From: Arcobacteraceae bacterium
GTDB taxonomy: Bacteria > Campylobacterota > Campylobacteria > Campylobacterales > Arcobacteraceae
Length of the DNA stretch: 64,000 nucleotides
Direction of reading: 5' to 3'
Assembly (NCBI GenBank): GCA_963662945.1
Contig: OY759974.1
Location: forward strand, 1,632,001-1,696,000
A program made the position numbers and the translations under genes. The notes below the pieces were generated by a model. That model was not told the origin of the DNA. It saw only the letters and a program-made list of their open reading frames with translations, and did not search any database. Positions 39,386-51,403 of this stretch are shown here, piece by piece (position 1 is the stretch's first letter; each line of letters begins with the position of its first letter).

Positions 39386-40390
39386 ATGAATAATATATTA
39401 AAAAAATATCTAAATAAAACATATGCAAATACATTTTTCCCTATTTTTCTGACGTTATATACAGTGACATCTATAATATTTTTAGTAAAAATCGCGTCAT
39501 TAACTTCTGTAATACAGATTAATTTTTTTGAATTACTAGAATTATATGCTTATAATATTGCAACAATTTTATTTTATACAATACCAATTTCATTATTTAT
39601 CTCTTTAGGATTATCATTAGCAAAATTATCAAGTGAATATGAATTGATTGTAATTACGAGTTTTGGTTTAAATCCTTTTCAAATATTAAAGATGTTTTTA
39701 CCACTTTTAATTTCTGCTTCTTTTTTAATACTTATGGTATCTTTAACCTTAGTACCGAAATCTATTTTTTTAAAAGAAACTTTTTTGGTTAATAAAAAAA
39801 CTGAGGCACAATTTAACATTAAAGCAAATGAATATGGGCAACAGTTTGGTAAGTGGCTTATATATGTTGAAAAAGAGCAAAATGGTTTATATCAAGATAT
39901 AGTTTTATACCAACAAAATAAACTTGAAGATATTTTTATTGTTGCAAAGCATGCTCAACTTAATAATATGAAAACATCATTGAGTTTGAGTTTAAATGAT
40001 GGAAAAGTAGTAAAAGTTGGAGAAAAAGTAAGTCAAATTGATTTTAAAAAAATGATTTTAAATAATGAATTGGAACAAACAAAAGATATAAAAACATTAA
40101 ATGATCTTCTTGTTTACTGGAAAGATAAGCAAGAGAAGTTGACATTTTATATTTTATCATCTATATTTCCTCTAATATCTGCATTTTTTATTATTTATAT
40201 GGGCTTTTTTAATCCACGATATAATAAAAATTATAGTACAGTCATAGGAATAGCCATAACTGTAATTTTTGTAGTGTTAGTTAAAGAATTAAGTAATAAA
40301 TTTCAAACTGATGCCTTATATTATTTTCCTATTATATGGCTTATAGTAGGTTATTTATTTTATAGATATAAGATTAAACCATATTATTAA
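39386..40390 (+). CDS. LptF/LptG family LPS export permease
   Basis: 3 TM + periplasmic domain + 3 TM layout; KLSSEYELIV..SFGLNP. Confidence 0.85.
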   Translation: MNNILKKYLNKTYANTFFPIFLTLYTVTSIIFLVKIASLTSVIQINFFELLELYAYNIATILFYTIPISLFISLGLSLAKLSSEYELIVITSFGLNPFQILKMFLPLLISASFLILMVSLTLVPKSIFLKETFLVNKKTEAQFNIKANEYGQQFGKWLIYVEKEQNGLYQDIVLYQQNKLEDIFIVAKHAQLNNMKTSLSLSLNDGKVVKVGEKVSQIDFKKMILNNELEQTKDIKTLNDLLVYWKDKQEKLTFYILSSIFPLISAFFIIYMGFFNPRYNKNYSTVIGIAITVIFVVLVKELSNKFQTDALYYFPIIWLIVGYLFYRYKIKPYY

Positions 40391-40391
40391 G

Positions 40392-41117
40392 ATGATGAAA
40401 ATTAAATTTACAATTAGTTATGATGGTTCTTTGTTTTACGGCTCTCAAGTACAACCTAATCATGTAACAATTCAATCTAAAATAGAAGAAGTTTTTAAAT
40501 TACTCAATATAGAAACATCATTAGAGTTTAGTGGAAGAACAGATAGAGGCGTTCATGCTTTTAGACAAGTTATATCGTGTGATATTCCAGAATTTTGGAA
40601 TAACCTAGTGAAGTTTAAGACTACACTAAATAAAATGCTACCTAACTCTATTTATGTGAGAAATATATCATATGTAGCTGATAATTTTCATGCTAGATTT
40701 AGTGCAAAAAGTAGAGAATACAGATATCTTATCTCCACTAAAAAATTAACACCATTTAACCAAAATTATTTAGGATATTATGAAAGTATAAATTTGGAAA
40801 ATATTCAAAATGCCATAAAGGTACTTCATGGTATTCATGATTTTGAATATATGAGTAAAAAAGGAAGTGAACCTGTTTCAACCATAAGAGAAATATATGA
40901 TATAAAATTTTATAAGTATAAAGAGCTTTATATTTTTAGATTTAAAGCAAACTCCTATCTTCGAAGTCAAATAAGGATGATGGTTGATTTTATTATGAAA
41001 ATATCAAGTGGAAAATTAACTGTTGATGATTTGAAAAAACAGCTTGCTAAAGAGAAATTAATCTCTTGGACTCTTGCGAGTCCAAATGGGCTATATTTAA
41101 GTAAAATTAATTACTAG
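40392..41117 (+). CDS. truA: tRNA pseudouridine(38-40) synthase
   Basis: YDGS.F.G.Q, SGRTDRGVHA, FHARFSA. Confidence 0.96.
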   Translation: MMKIKFTISYDGSLFYGSQVQPNHVTIQSKIEEVFKLLNIETSLEFSGRTDRGVHAFRQVISCDIPEFWNNLVKFKTTLNKMLPNSIYVRNISYVADNFHARFSAKSREYRYLISTKKLTPFNQNYLGYYESINLENIQNAIKVLHGIHDFEYMSKKGSEPVSTIREIYDIKFYKYKELYIFRFKANSYLRSQIRMMVDFIMKISSGKLTVDDLKKQLAKEKLISWTLASPNGLYLSKINY

Positions 41118-41514
41118 GTCGGCTTAATCTTCCTAAAAAAGATTGTTTACTTTTATATCCTCTTAAAGAGTATAATAACTCTTCAGTTTTTGGATCAATA
41201 ACATATGTTGTAGGTGTTCCTTCTGGTAAAAATTTTGCTGGAACATCTTCAATATCCATACTTAAACTCAAATCTACTGTTACAAAGATAAAATTTTTAT
41301 TTAAAAAGTTTATAACTTCTTCATCCGAAAGCGTATCTGCTTCCATTTTTCGACACCAAGGGCAAAAAGGACTGTGAGCAAATAAAACAACTGGTTTATT
41401 TTGTTCTACACCTTTTTTAAGTGCATCTGCATAAGAATCTGCATGAATTAAATCAGCGGCATTCAGTGTAAATACACTAAAAAGTATTAAAAGTAGTTTT
41501 GTAAATATTTTCAT
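41107..41514 (-). CDS. Exported thioredoxin-fold protein (SoxW/DUF255-like)
   Basis: Signal peptide from MKIFTK (ATG 41514), CPWC, GTPT. Confidence 0.8.
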   Translation of the reverse strand: MKIFTKLLLILFSVFTLNAADLIHADSYADALKKGVEQNKPVVLFAHSPFCPWCRKMEADTLSDEEVINFLNKNFIFVTVDLSLSMDIEDVPAKFLPEGTPTTYVIDPKTEELLYSLRGYKSKQSFLGRLSRPSN

Positions 41515-41515
41515 T

Positions 41516-42487
41516 TTATAACCTTTGTGGCATTTCATCTTTAAATGCCAATTTTTCTGCATTTTGTAATATATCTATTGCACCATCTTGAATCATTTTT
41601 TGAGCTAAATCAAAACCTAAAGTTTCACAAGTAGATAAGTTTTGTGTAAGAGATTCTTTTAAAATATGTGAACCATCTGGATAGCCAATCATTGCTTGAA
41701 GTGTAATTGTATTATTTTGAATAGTTGCATTACAAGCAACTGGTGCAGAACAACCAGCACCTATTTTTGAGATAAAATCTCTTTCAGCTTTAGTACATAT
41801 AAAAGTATTTGTATCATTTACACTTAATGCTATCTCTCTAAGTTTCTCATTGCCACTTACTATCTCAATTCCTAGTGCTGCTTGTCCCATAGGTGGTATC
41901 ATCATCTCTAATGGGAGTTTTTTTGTATAAGGAATATCTTTTAATAAATCAAGTCTATGTAAACCAATCCAAGCTAATATAATTGCATCATATTGACCTT
42001 CTGCTAATTTTCTAAGTCGTGTATTTACATTTCCCCGTAAATCTTTTACAGTTAAATCTGGTCTTTTATTTAAAAGTTGCATTCTTCTTCGTAAACTTGT
42101 TGTACCAACAACCGCACCTTGCGGAAGTTCCTCTAAGCTTGCAAATTGGTGTGACAAAAATACATCACTTTGATCTTGTCTTTGTGTGATAGCAACTAAC
42201 TCTAAACCATCTGGAATATAAGTTGGAACATCTTTTAAACTATGAACAGCTAAATCTGCATTTCCAGCTATCATTTCATCTTCTAGTTCTTTTGTAAAAT
42301 GTCCTTTTCCTCCAACTAAAGCTAAAGGTTTATCGAGAATTTTATCTCCACGACTTACTATTTTATTGAGTTCTACCTTTATATCTGGATAACTATTTTC
42401 TATTCTTTCTTTTATATGGTATGCTTGCCAAAGTGCTAAATCACTCGCTCTTGTTGCTATTACTATTTTTTCCAATTTTTCTCCCAT
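41516..42487 (-). CDS. hemC: Hydroxymethylbilane synthase
   Basis: ATRASDLALWQ, VHSLKDVP, GTTSLRR, LRGNVNTRL, AGCSAP. Confidence 0.98.
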   Translation of the reverse strand: MGEKLEKIVIATRASDLALWQAYHIKERIENSYPDIKVELNKIVSRGDKILDKPLALVGGKGHFTKELEDEMIAGNADLAVHSLKDVPTYIPDGLELVAITQRQDQSDVFLSHQFASLEELPQGAVVGTTSLRRRMQLLNKRPDLTVKDLRGNVNTRLRKLAEGQYDAIILAWIGLHRLDLLKDIPYTKKLPLEMMIPPMGQAALGIEIVSGNEKLREIALSVNDTNTFICTKAERDFISKIGAGCSAPVACNATIQNNTITLQAMIGYPDGSHILKESLTQNLSTCETLGFDLAQKMIQDGAIDILQNAEKLAFKDEMPQRL

Positions 42488-42501
42488 AATTCCAATAATA
42501 A

Positions 42502-43362
42502 TTATTTTAAATATTTTTCAAATTCTGATCGAGTAACATCATATTCACCATCAAAAAATAGACTCGGTGTTCCCGTTACAAAAGCATCATCTGACATTTT
42601 ACTATCATCTTGTATCATTGTCTCAAGTCTAGGATTGTTAATCTCTTTCATAGTTATGTTTGTACCAAATTCTTTATTGAAAAATCCAAGTACTTTTTGT
42701 TCATCTTTTTCTTCATAAGCATCAAATTTGTATTTTTCTGGGAAATTTGTTTGATAAATTTTATAATCAATATTTTTTATTCCCTTCTCTTTTCCTAAAA
42801 TTGCTGCTTTAGCGATAACTTTTGCAGTTGGATGCATATCTAGTGGCAGATGGTAGTAATATACAGCAATATTTTTAGGATTATCAATAATCTTCTTTAA
42901 TACATAAGGCATTTCATCTATACAAATTGGACATAGAGGGTCACTAAATATTACTAAAGTATGCTTTGCATTAGGGTTCCCTTCTATAAAATGTTTTTTA
43001 CTAAAAAATTTTTTATCCAAAGTAGGATACATGATAGTTTTAAATGATCTTTTATTTTTTAAATTTATTAAATCCATGGTAACATTTTTACCATCACTAA
43101 AGAGAGTATCTTTTTGTGATAATTGTTTTTTTTGAACTTCAAATTCTAAGTTAAAAGTATATCCTACCCAACCATCTTGTTTTAAATCTTTTGTAAAAAC
43201 TAAATCAACTTTTTTAAGTTCTCCACCAACTCTTTGCAGTGATTTTGATACTCTTTGTTTTTCAAATTTTATTAGTTGTTCTTCTAAGTTTGTATTAGAA
43301 AATAAATTAGTGCTTAATAGTGTTGTTACTATCGATAACTTCAACATCAATAATTTCATCAT
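42502..43362 (-). CDS. Exported DsbA/DsbG-like thiol-disulfide oxidoreductase
   Basis: Start MMKLL after an AAGGAG RBS; FSDPLCPIC, H.PL.MHP, VTGTP. Confidence 0.8.
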   Translation of the reverse strand: MMKLLMLKLSIVTTLLSTNLFSNTNLEEQLIKFEKQRVSKSLQRVGGELKKVDLVFTKDLKQDGWVGYTFNLEFEVQKKQLSQKDTLFSDGKNVTMDLINLKNKRSFKTIMYPTLDKKFFSKKHFIEGNPNAKHTLVIFSDPLCPICIDEMPYVLKKIIDNPKNIAVYYYHLPLDMHPTAKVIAKAAILGKEKGIKNIDYKIYQTNFPEKYKFDAYEEKDEQKVLGFFNKEFGTNITMKEINNPRLETMIQDDSKMSDDAFVTGTPSLFFDGEYDVTRSEFEKYLK

Positions 43363-43771
43363 CTCTCCTTGTATTGTTGTGTTTATAGTTTGTTTGAGTA
43401 TATTCAAAATTTGTTGAATATGTAGTATTGTTATTTGGTTTTTTGAATTCAAATATTTTACTAAAAAGAGATACAAACATTCCAAGTTGTAAAAGTATCC
43501 CAATTATATCTGTAAAAAAACCAGGAATAATGAGTAAAAATGCACCAATAGCTTTAGCTACATTTGTTTTAACAAATTCTTCTTGAGTAATTTGTCCAGT
43601 TCTTGCTTTTTGTATGTTTTCACTTAATGAGTATTTAAAATTTTTTAAAATAATCATACCTATAATTGCAGAGAGTAAGATTTCAAAAAAAGTAAGTAGT
43701 CCACCAATTGATGATGCAATTGCAGAAGAAATCATTACTTCTAGAAATAGGTAAATTAAAAAGTATAACAC
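43307..43771 (-). CDS. fxsA: FxsA family membrane protein
   Basis: LLIIPGFFTDIIG; C-terminal IIDVEV. Confidence 0.85.
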   Translation of the reverse strand: MLYFLIYLFLEVMISSAIASSIGGLLTFFEILLSAIIGMIILKNFKYSLSENIQKARTGQITQEEFVKTNVAKAIGAFLLIIPGFFTDIIGILLQLGMFVSLFSKIFEFKKPNNNTTYSTNFEYTQTNYKHNNTRRDDEIIDVEVIDSNNTIKH

Positions 43772-43832
43772 AGACTCTCCTTATAGGTTTTGTTGATTAT
43801 AATAAATTAAGGGTAAGTAAACACTTAATCTC

Positions 43833-44222
43833 TTAATTCTTTGGTATTGATTTTTCCAAGTGATATAATTTATATCTTATATCTTTAAAATTTTCAGATG
43901 TTTTGGTATCTATGAGTTTTCCAAATTCTTCTAAAACTCGTGAACTTTCTTGTGCTCTTTTAAAATTTGCGATGAGTATAGATTGTAAATCAGCTCGATT
44001 TTGTTCGGAAGTTGTAGAGTGTTTTAAAACATCATTTTGAATATCTCGAGAATCAAGAAGTTCTTCATAAAGTGAGACTCTCGCTTTGTGTCGTAATTCT
44101 TTTAATTGTGAAGCGATATTTTTGTCATTGAAGATATATCTATATATATCTTCAACAACTCTTATTCCTTCTCTAAGGCGATTTAAATTAGCATCTAAAA
44201 GTCGTAAATTCTCTTTAGTCAT
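43833..44222 (-). CDS. ThiD2-like protein (stand-alone homologue of the N-terminal domain of some ThiE proteins)
   Basis: RLLDANLNRLREGIRVVED, KELRH, ANFKRAQESSRVLEE; start MTKEN at 44222. Confidence 0.8.
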   Translation of the reverse strand: MTKENLRLLDANLNRLREGIRVVEDIYRYIFNDKNIASQLKELRHKARVSLYEELLDSRDIQNDVLKHSTTSEQNRADLQSILIANFKRAQESSRVLEEFGKLIDTKTSENFKDIRYKLYHLEKSIPKN

Positions 44223-44943
44223 CACTGTTATTAAATGCAGCAAATATTTGAAGTAAAGAGATAAATAGGTTAAAAAAGTCCAAATATAAAGCAATTGCAG
44301 CTTCAATAGGAGTTGAAAAACCACCTTGAACTATTTGTTGTGTATCATATAAGATAAATGCACTAAATAATAAAGCACCAACCATAGCAATACCCAATTG
44401 TAAAATAGGTGAACCTATAAATATATTACTAATTGAACCAACTATTAAAATAATAATTGCAATAAATAACATTTTTCCCATACTTGAGAAATCTTTTTTA
44501 GTTGTAAGGGCAAACATTGAAATACCACCAAATGCAACTGATGTCATTAAAAATGCTTGTGCTACAACAGAAGCACCATTTGGCATATTAAATACACTAC
44601 TTAAAAGAGGTGTAATTGTTAAACCACTTACAAATGTAAATCCAAATAAAACAGCAAGGTTAATTCCTGGTTTATCTTTTACTGCATAAAGTCCAAAAAG
44701 TAATGCAAATTCTAAAATAACTAATCCCCAATACCAACTTGAAATTGTACTCACCATATCAAGTCCAATATAAGCCCCAGCAGTTGCAGCTAAAAGTGAG
44801 CTAGCAAAAAGTTGATATGTGCTTCTTAAAAAAGCCATTAAATTAGCTGGAGCACCTGCTTTTTCATTAGATGAAGTATACGCTTCATTATCTCGTGAAT
44901 AAGTAGAATTACTACCATTTGTTAAATAATCTCTATTATACAT
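44215..44943 (-). CDS. Bax inhibitor-1/YccA family membrane protein
   Basis: About 7 TM helices; ILYDTQ, ALYLDFFNLF. Confidence 0.92.
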   Translation of the reverse strand: MYNRDYLTNGSNSTYSRDNEAYTSSNEKAGAPANLMAFLRSTYQLFASSLLAATAGAYIGLDMVSTISSWYWGLVILEFALLFGLYAVKDKPGINLAVLFGFTFVSGLTITPLLSSVFNMPNGASVVAQAFLMTSVAFGGISMFALTTKKDFSSMGKMLFIAIIILIVGSISNIFIGSPILQLGIAMVGALLFSAFILYDTQQIVQGGFSTPIEAAIALYLDFFNLFISLLQIFAAFNNSDD

Positions 44944-45153
44944 TATAAATATCCTTTATACTTTTGTATTTTGAATGAGATTCTAATATGTTTATATTAA
45001 ATTTACCTTTAAGTATAGAGATTAATAAGAAATTAAAACAACAAACTAAAATTGTTTATGGCGATAGTTATAGTAAATATAAACTATAATTCGTTATAAT
45101 AAAACCTAAAATTAGATTTGTAAAACATATATAGATCAATAACAGGAGACACA

Positions 45154-45597
45154 ATGTTAGATGTTGTAGAGATACAAAAAATATTACCTCATAGATACCC
45201 TTTTCTTTTAGTGGACAAGGTAACTGATATGGAAATAGGTAAAAACGTAATAGCATATAAAAATGTATCAATTAGTGAACCAGTATTTGAAGGACATTTC
45301 CCAGGTCATCCTATATATCCAGGTGTAATGATTTTAGAAGGTATGGCACAAGCTGGTGGTATATTGGCACTAAAAAGTTCTGGATTATCTGATGAAGAAC
45401 TAAAATCAAAAGTTATATATTTTATGAGTATAGACAGAGCAAAATTTAGAAGTCCAGTGAAACCTGGTGATAGATTAGAATATAGAATAGAAGTTATAAA
45501 ATTAAGAAAAAATTTAATAGTACTTGATGGTAAAGCATATGTTGATGATGTTCTAGTAAGTGAAGCTGAATTAAAAGCAATGGTTGTTGATAAATAA
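45154..45597 (+). CDS. fabZ: 3-hydroxyacyl-ACP dehydratase
   Basis: [26 protein letters not shown]. Confidence 0.98.
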   Translation: MLDVVEIQKILPHRYPFLLVDKVTDMEIGKNVIAYKNVSISEPVFEGHFPGHPIYPGVMILEGMAQAGGILALKSSGLSDEELKSKVIYFMSIDRAKFRSPVKPGDRLEYRIEVIKLRKNLIVLDGKAYVDDVLVSEAELKAMVVDK

Positions 45598-46379
45598 TGG
45601 CAAATATTCATAAAACAGCTATCATTGAAGATGGTGCTGTAATAGCTGATGATGTAACAATTGGTGCATACACTATAATTGGTTCACAAGTTACAATCGG
45701 TTCTGGTACAACAATTGCAAGTCATTGTGTAATTGAAGGAAAAACAACAATTGGAAAAAATAATACAATTTTTTCCCATGCAGCACTTGGAACAATTCCT
45801 CAAGATTTAAAATTTGCAGGGGAAGATGTTGAACTTATTATCGGAGATAATAATAAAATAAGAGAATTTACTCTTTTTAATCCAGGAACTAAAGGTGGTG
45901 GAGCAGTTACAAAAATAGGAAATGGAAATCTTTTTATGGGATATACTCATGTTGCACATGATTGTATTATAGGAGATAATTGTATTTTTGCAAATGTAGC
46001 TACGTTAGCTGGGCATGTAGAAGTTGAAGATAATGTAGTAGTTGGTGGATTATCTGCTATTCATCAATTTTGTAAGTTAGGAACTCAATCTATGATAGGT
46101 GGGGGTTCGATTGTTGTGCAAGATATCCCACCATTTTGTAATACCGAAGGTAATAGAGCAACAATAAGAGGTTTAAATCTTACAGGACTTAGAAGAAGAT
46201 TAGACAACAGATCTGATATTGATGAGATTAAAAAAGCATATAGAAAACTTTTTGAGTCAGGTAGTCCTTTATTAGATGCAGCAAGAGAGTTAATTGAAAA
46301 TAGTACAAATGAATATGTAATAAAGCTAGCAAATTTTATAATAAATACAAAAAGAGGAATACCTTTTACAAGGAAATAA
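45597..46379 (+). CDS. lpxA: UDP-N-acetylglucosamine acyltransferase
   Basis: Hexapeptide repeats, PQDLKF, HVAHDC, LAGHV, HQFC. Confidence 0.97.
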   Translation: MANIHKTAIIEDGAVIADDVTIGAYTIIGSQVTIGSGTTIASHCVIEGKTTIGKNNTIFSHAALGTIPQDLKFAGEDVELIIGDNNKIREFTLFNPGTKGGGAVTKIGNGNLFMGYTHVAHDCIIGDNCIFANVATLAGHVEVEDNVVVGGLSAIHQFCKLGTQSMIGGGSIVVQDIPPFCNTEGNRATIRGLNLTGLRRRLDNRSDIDEIKKAYRKLFESGSPLLDAARELIENSTNEYVIKLANFIINTKRGIPFTRK

Positions 46380-46385
46380 TAAAAT

Positions 46386-47612
46386 ATGAAAAAAGAAAAA
46401 ATGAAATGTGATTTTTGTGGAGTTGAAGATAGTGAACACAATCCTTTAATATCTGGAGAACATGCAACTATCTGTCAAACTTGTGCAAAATCTGCTTATG
46501 AGATTATTCAAAAACATAAAAATGAGCATACTGAGGGTGAAATTGTTGAACTTGCCGAAGATATTGTTCAAAAAATATTAACACCAAAAGAGTTAAAACT
46601 AATTTTAGATGATTATGTAATAGGACAAGAAAAAGCAAAAAAAGTTTTAAGTGTTGCTGTTTATAATCATTATAAAAGAATCTTTATGCAAGAGATTAGC
46701 GATGATGTTACAGAACTAACAAAATCAAATGTATTACTTATAGGACCAACAGGAAGTGGAAAAACACTTTTAGCCCAAACTATTGCAAAATACCTTGATG
46801 TTCCTTTGGCAATTGCAGATGCTACAAGTTTAACAGAAGCTGGATATGTTGGTGATGATGTTGAAAATGTTGTAACAAGACTTATCCAAGCTGCTGATGG
46901 GGATATTAAAAAAGCAGAACAAGGTATAATCTTTATTGATGAGATTGATAAGATTGCTAGAATGTCTGAGAATAGAAGTATTACAAGAGATGTAAGTGGT
47001 GAAGGTGTACAACAAGCACTTCTTAAAATAGTAGAGGGTAGTTTGGTAAATGTACCACCAAAAGGTGGAAGAAAACACCCAGGACAAGACTCAATTCAAC
47101 TTGATACTACAAATGTATTATTTATTTGTGGTGGTGCTTTTGATGGTATGAAAGATATCATTGCTAAAAGACAAGGTGGAAATATCCTTGGGTTTAATCA
47201 AGATAAAAAAACAAAAAAAGAACAAGACAATATTATGGAGCTTATAGAAGCTGATGATTTAGTAAAATATGGTTTAATCCCTGAACTTATTGGTAGACTT
47301 CATATGACAGCGGTACTTCAAGAGATTGATGAAGATGCAATGATTCATATTTTAAAAGAGCCAAAAAACTCATTGGTAAAACAATATACAAAACTATTTA
47401 AAATAGATGGTGTTAATTTAAAATTTGAAGAAGATGCTTTAAAAGAGATTGCTAAAGCTGCAATTGAACGAAAAACTGGAGCACGGGGATTACGATCTAT
47501 TTTAGAAGATATTATGTTAGATGTTATGTATGAATTACCAGAATATAAGGGTAAAACAGTAACAATTACAAAAGATGTGGTAAATAAAACAGAACTACCA
47601 AAAGTAGCTTAA
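46386..47612 (+). CDS. clpX: Clp protease ATP-binding subunit ClpX
   Basis: CDFC/CQTC zinc domain, [28 protein letters not shown]. Confidence 0.98.
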   Translation: MKKEKMKCDFCGVEDSEHNPLISGEHATICQTCAKSAYEIIQKHKNEHTEGEIVELAEDIVQKILTPKELKLILDDYVIGQEKAKKVLSVAVYNHYKRIFMQEISDDVTELTKSNVLLIGPTGSGKTLLAQTIAKYLDVPLAIADATSLTEAGYVGDDVENVVTRLIQAADGDIKKAEQGIIFIDEIDKIARMSENRSITRDVSGEGVQQALLKIVEGSLVNVPPKGGRKHPGQDSIQLDTTNVLFICGGAFDGMKDIIAKRQGGNILGFNQDKKTKKEQDNIMELIEADDLVKYGLIPELIGRLHMTAVLQEIDEDAMIHILKEPKNSLVKQYTKLFKIDGVNLKFEEDALKEIAKAAIERKTGARGLRSILEDIMLDVMYELPEYKGKTVTITKDVVNKTELPKVA

Positions 47613-47630
47613 TAAAAAAGGAAAAATATA

Positions 47631-48662
47631 ATGATTTTTGATAAATTTATCGGTTGGTTTTCAAATGATATGGCGATTGACTTAGGGACAGCAAATACAC
47701 TAGTATCAGTAAAAGGTAAAGGTATAATTATAAATGAACCATCAGTTGTTGCTGTACAACATGATAGATATGGAAGAGATAGAATACTTGCAGTTGGTAA
47801 AGAAGCCAAACAGATGATAGGTAAAACTCCTGTTAATATTCAAGCAGTAAGACCTATGAAAGATGGAGTTATTGCAGATTTTGAAATGACAGAGAGAATG
47901 ATTCGATACTTTATTGAAAAAGCTCATAAAAGAAAATCATTTTTACGACCAAGAATTATTATTTGTATTCCTCATGGAATTACTCAAGTTGAAAGAAAAG
48001 CGGTAAAAGAATCAGCTTTAAGTGCGGGTGCAAGAGAAGTGTTTCTTGTTGAAGAGCCGATGGCAGCTGCTATTGGAGCAGGGATTCCTGTAAGTAGTCC
48101 TGATGGATATGTTGTTGTTGATATTGGTGGTGGTACTACTGAAATTGGTGTAACATCTTTAGGGGGACTTGTTTTAAGTAAATCTATAAAAGTAGCTGGA
48201 GATAGATTTGATAAAGCTATTATAGATTATGTAAGACAAAACTTTAACCTTTATATTGGGGAAAGAACAGCTGAGGGTATTAAACTAGAAATTGGTACAG
48301 CTGTAAAACAAGCAAAAGATATAACAATAAAAGTAAAAGGAAGAGATAGCTCGGGACTTCTTACAACTATTGATTTAACAAGTGAGGGTGTAAGAGCGGC
48401 TTTACATGAACCTTTAAAAGAGATTTCACTGGCAGTTAGACAAGTACTTGAAGAGATGCCACCTGATTTGGCAGGAGATGTTGTTGATAATGGTGTTGTT
48501 TTAACGGGTGGTGGAGCACTTATAAGAGGATTAGATAAATATCTTATGAATGATATTAAATTACCAGTACGTGTTGCTGATGAGCCACTTCTTGCTGTTG
48601 CTTATGGTACTAGCAAAACTTTAGATGAGGAATCTTTACTTAGACTAATTTCTAATGAGTAA
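47631..48662 (+). CDS. mreB: Rod shape-determining protein MreB
   Basis: [35 protein letters not shown]. Confidence 0.98.
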   Translation: MIFDKFIGWFSNDMAIDLGTANTLVSVKGKGIIINEPSVVAVQHDRYGRDRILAVGKEAKQMIGKTPVNIQAVRPMKDGVIADFEMTERMIRYFIEKAHKRKSFLRPRIIICIPHGITQVERKAVKESALSAGAREVFLVEEPMAAAIGAGIPVSSPDGYVVVDIGGGTTEIGVTSLGGLVLSKSIKVAGDRFDKAIIDYVRQNFNLYIGERTAEGIKLEIGTAVKQAKDITIKVKGRDSSGLLTTIDLTSEGVRAALHEPLKEISLAVRQVLEEMPPDLAGDVVDNGVVLTGGGALIRGLDKYLMNDIKLPVRVADEPLLAVAYGTSKTLDEESLLRLISNE

Positions 48663-49431
48663 AAAGTTTATTTTCTTTTTTATTACCTTCATTATCTTTA
48701 TATCTTACCTTTTCAGTTTTGAAAAGGTATTAGTAGATAAAATTTATATGCTCAATAGCTCAATTAGTTCGGCATATATAAAATTATTTGTTTTTACAAC
48801 AGAAACTGTAAATAAATATTTTAATCAACTTGATTATATAGAGCAGTTAAGAACATCTAATGAAATGAATATCCAATATAGAACATTGTATGAACAAAAA
48901 CTTCAAGAAATTCATGAGTTAAATCAAGATTTAAAAATAACTTTAGATAAAGAAGTACCATATGAAAAAGTGAAAGTTTTGTCTTATTATAATTTTAATG
49001 ATCACTCAAAAGTGCTTATTGATAAAGAAAATTTAATTACTGACAAGATATATCCATTGATAACACTCGATGGCTTTAGTGCTGGAATTGTGTTAATGAA
49101 AAATGAGAAAACAGTTGCTTATTTGAATGAAAATAAAAAATGTAACTATACTGTTTTTATTGGACAAAATGATACTCCAGGAATTACTTCTGGAATTACT
49201 GATGAGGGAAATATTATTATTAAATATGTTCCTATTTGGAAAGAAATCCAAATAGATGATGAAGTTATCACAAGTAGTATGGATTCTATTTTTCCATATG
49301 GAATTAAAGTAGGGAAAGTAGTTGATATCAAAGTATTTGAAAATACAAAAGAGGTATTTGTGAAACCTTATGCAAAAACACTAGGAGAGAGAAATTTCTT
49401 TATAACTCAAGATACTAATTCTAGTATCTAG
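48655..49431 (+). CDS. mreC: Rod shape-determining protein MreC
   Basis: Follows mreB; N-terminal TM, coiled coil, [17 protein letters not shown]. Confidence 0.88.
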   Translation: MSKKFIFFFITFIIFISYLFSFEKVLVDKIYMLNSSISSAYIKLFVFTTETVNKYFNQLDYIEQLRTSNEMNIQYRTLYEQKLQEIHELNQDLKITLDKEVPYEKVKVLSYYNFNDHSKVLIDKENLITDKIYPLITLDGFSAGIVLMKNEKTVAYLNENKKCNYTVFIGQNDTPGITSGITDEGNIIIKYVPIWKEIQIDDEVITSSMDSIFPYGIKVGKVVDIKVFENTKEVFVKPYAKTLGERNFFITQDTNSSI

Positions 49432-50041
49432 AGATTATTGTATCCACTTCATCCCAAGAAAGGGATTGCTCTTCATCTTTTTTAAATAAATTATAAATAT
49501 ATCTTGCAAACATATCTGTTTCAATATTAACCTTGCTATTGAGTGTATATTGTTCAAATAAAGTATTTTGAATAGTATGGGGAATAATTGTAAGTCTAAA
49601 TGTATTTTTATCCTTATCAACATCATTTACTGTTAAACTTACACCATCAACTGTTATAGAACCTTTAGGAATAAGGTATTTTATATAGTTTTCTGGTATT
49701 TGTATAAAAAAGTCTGTAGAGTTACCATTATCAATGATATTGGTAATAGTACCTAAACAATCTACATGTCCTTGAACAATATGCCCTTCAAATCTATCTC
49801 CCATCATCATGGCTGGTTCTATATGTACTTTATTTTTATAGTTTTCCATTGCTAATATATTTTGTGATTCTGGAGAAAGTTCAACACTAAAACCATCTGA
49901 ATAAATTTCTATAACTGTAAGACACGCACCATTTATGGCAATACTATCTCCAATTTTTGGCTTGTAAGTTGCATTAAGCGTTAAAATATTATTATTAAAG
50001 CTGACTACGTTAGCCATCTCTCTGATTAATCCTGTAAACAT
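49421..50041 (-). CDS. ribE: Riboflavin synthase (alpha chain)
   Basis: MFTGL, SIAINGACLTV, GHIVQGHVD, GSITVDGVSLTV, VNIETD. Confidence 0.96.
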   Translation of the reverse strand: MFTGLIREMANVVSFNNNILTLNATYKPKIGDSIAINGACLTVIEIYSDGFSVELSPESQNILAMENYKNKVHIEPAMMMGDRFEGHIVQGHVDCLGTITNIIDNGNSTDFFIQIPENYIKYLIPKGSITVDGVSLTVNDVDKDKNTFRLTIIPHTIQNTLFEQYTLNSKVNIETDMFARYIYNLFKKDEEQSLSWDEVDTIISRY

Positions 50042-50099
50042 AAAAAGATTATAACATAATAATAATTTTGATTGGGTATAATAAAAAATAATTAAGGAG

Positions 50100-50489
50100 T
50101 TGTTTATCGTGTTATTTTTTAAAAAAGGAGTGTTTATTATAAGTATTATTTTATTTATAACAGCTTGTGCTACTAAACAACCTCTTATAACAGAAAGTCA
50201 TACTATTTTAATAAAAACACCTCAAATGAAATTTTATGATAAAGGATTTATCTCACAATATGAAGATTATATCCATTTACAAATTTTTCAAGTAGGAAAT
50301 GTTGTTTTAGATTTAAAAATTTATAAAGATACAATTTGTCAATCAACATTGGAATGTATAAGTGCTAGAGAGTTTAATGATAAATATCTTCACAACTCAT
50401 ATAAAGATGATTTTTTGTATAATCTTTTCTCACAAAAAAAGATATATTATAAAGACACAATCAATAATATTTTAATAAAGGTTAAATAG
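50100..50489 (+). CDS. Putative lipoprotein
   Basis: Hydrophobic stretch followed by the lipobox ITAC; exact start uncertain. Confidence 0.7.
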   Translation: MFIVLFFKKGVFIISIILFITACATKQPLITESHTILIKTPQMKFYDKGFISQYEDYIHLQIFQVGNVVLDLKIYKDTICQSTLECISAREFNDKYLHNSYKDDFLYNLFSQKKIYYKDTINNILIKVK

Positions 50490-51377
50490 ATGAATAAATA
50501 TGTAGGAGCTCATGTAAGTACTACAGGAGGTGTTCAAAATGCACCATTAAATGCCATAGCAATAGGTGCCAAAGCTTTTGCTTTGTTTACAAAAAATCAA
50601 AAAAGATGGGATGCAAAACCTTTTGATACAAAAACACTAGATGCATGGTTTAAAAACTTAGAAGCATCAGGAATTCAACCAAAACATATACTTCCTCATG
50701 ATAGTTATCTAATAAATTTGGGAAATCCAGATGAAGAAAAACTAGAAAAGTCAAGAATTGCCTTTATAGATGAGTTAGAAAGATGTGATATACTAGGGTT
50801 AGATAGATTAAATTTTCATCCAGGAAGTCATTTACAAAAGTTTGGGAAAAAAGATCCTGATTATGATGAAAAATTACAATATGCTGAATTAGAATGTTTA
50901 AGTACAATCGCAGATTCAATCAATTTTGCACTTGATAAAACAAAAAATGTAAAAGCAGTGATAGAAAATACAGCAGGACAGGGGACAAATCTTGGATATA
51001 GGTTTGAACACTTAGAATATATTATAGATAGAGTTGAAGATAAAAGTAGAATTGGGGTATGTATAGATACTTGTCATATGTTTACAGCTGGTTATGATAT
51101 AAGAACAAAAGAGGTATATGAGCAAACTTGGAAAGAGTTTGATAAAATAGTTGGACGAGAATTTTTAATGGGGATGCATATTAATGATTCTAAACCACCG
51201 TTAGGAAGCCGAGTTGATAGACACCATAGTTTAGGCGAAGGTGAAATTGGTTGGGATGCATTTTCATATATAATGAATGATGAGAGAATGAATGATATTC
51301 CATTGATTTTAGAAACAATAGACGAATCAATTTGGGATAAAGAGATTCAAGATTTATATAATCTCGTAAGAAAATAG
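50490..51377 (+). CDS. nfo: Endonuclease IV
   Basis: [41 protein letters not shown]. Confidence 0.97.
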   Translation: MNKYVGAHVSTTGGVQNAPLNAIAIGAKAFALFTKNQKRWDAKPFDTKTLDAWFKNLEASGIQPKHILPHDSYLINLGNPDEEKLEKSRIAFIDELERCDILGLDRLNFHPGSHLQKFGKKDPDYDEKLQYAELECLSTIADSINFALDKTKNVKAVIENTAGQGTNLGYRFEHLEYIIDRVEDKSRIGVCIDTCHMFTAGYDIRTKEVYEQTWKEFDKIVGREFLMGMHINDSKPPLGSRVDRHHSLGEGEIGWDAFSYIMNDERMNDIPLILETIDESIWDKEIQDLYNLVRK

Positions 51378-51396
51378 AAACAAGAGTTTCTATTTT
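51371..51396. terminator. Bidirectional terminator hairpin between convergent nfo and accA
   Basis: aaaatagaaac-aaga-gtttctatttt. Confidence 0.65.
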
Positions 51397-51403
51397 TTGT
51401 ATA

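Noticed and set aside
41515-44324. N-terminal extensions of the ORF-track calls 41107..41562, 42502..43503 and 43833..44324
   Set aside because: They overlap neighbouring genes extensively; downstream ATGs (41514, 43362, 44222) give better RBS or signal-peptide fits
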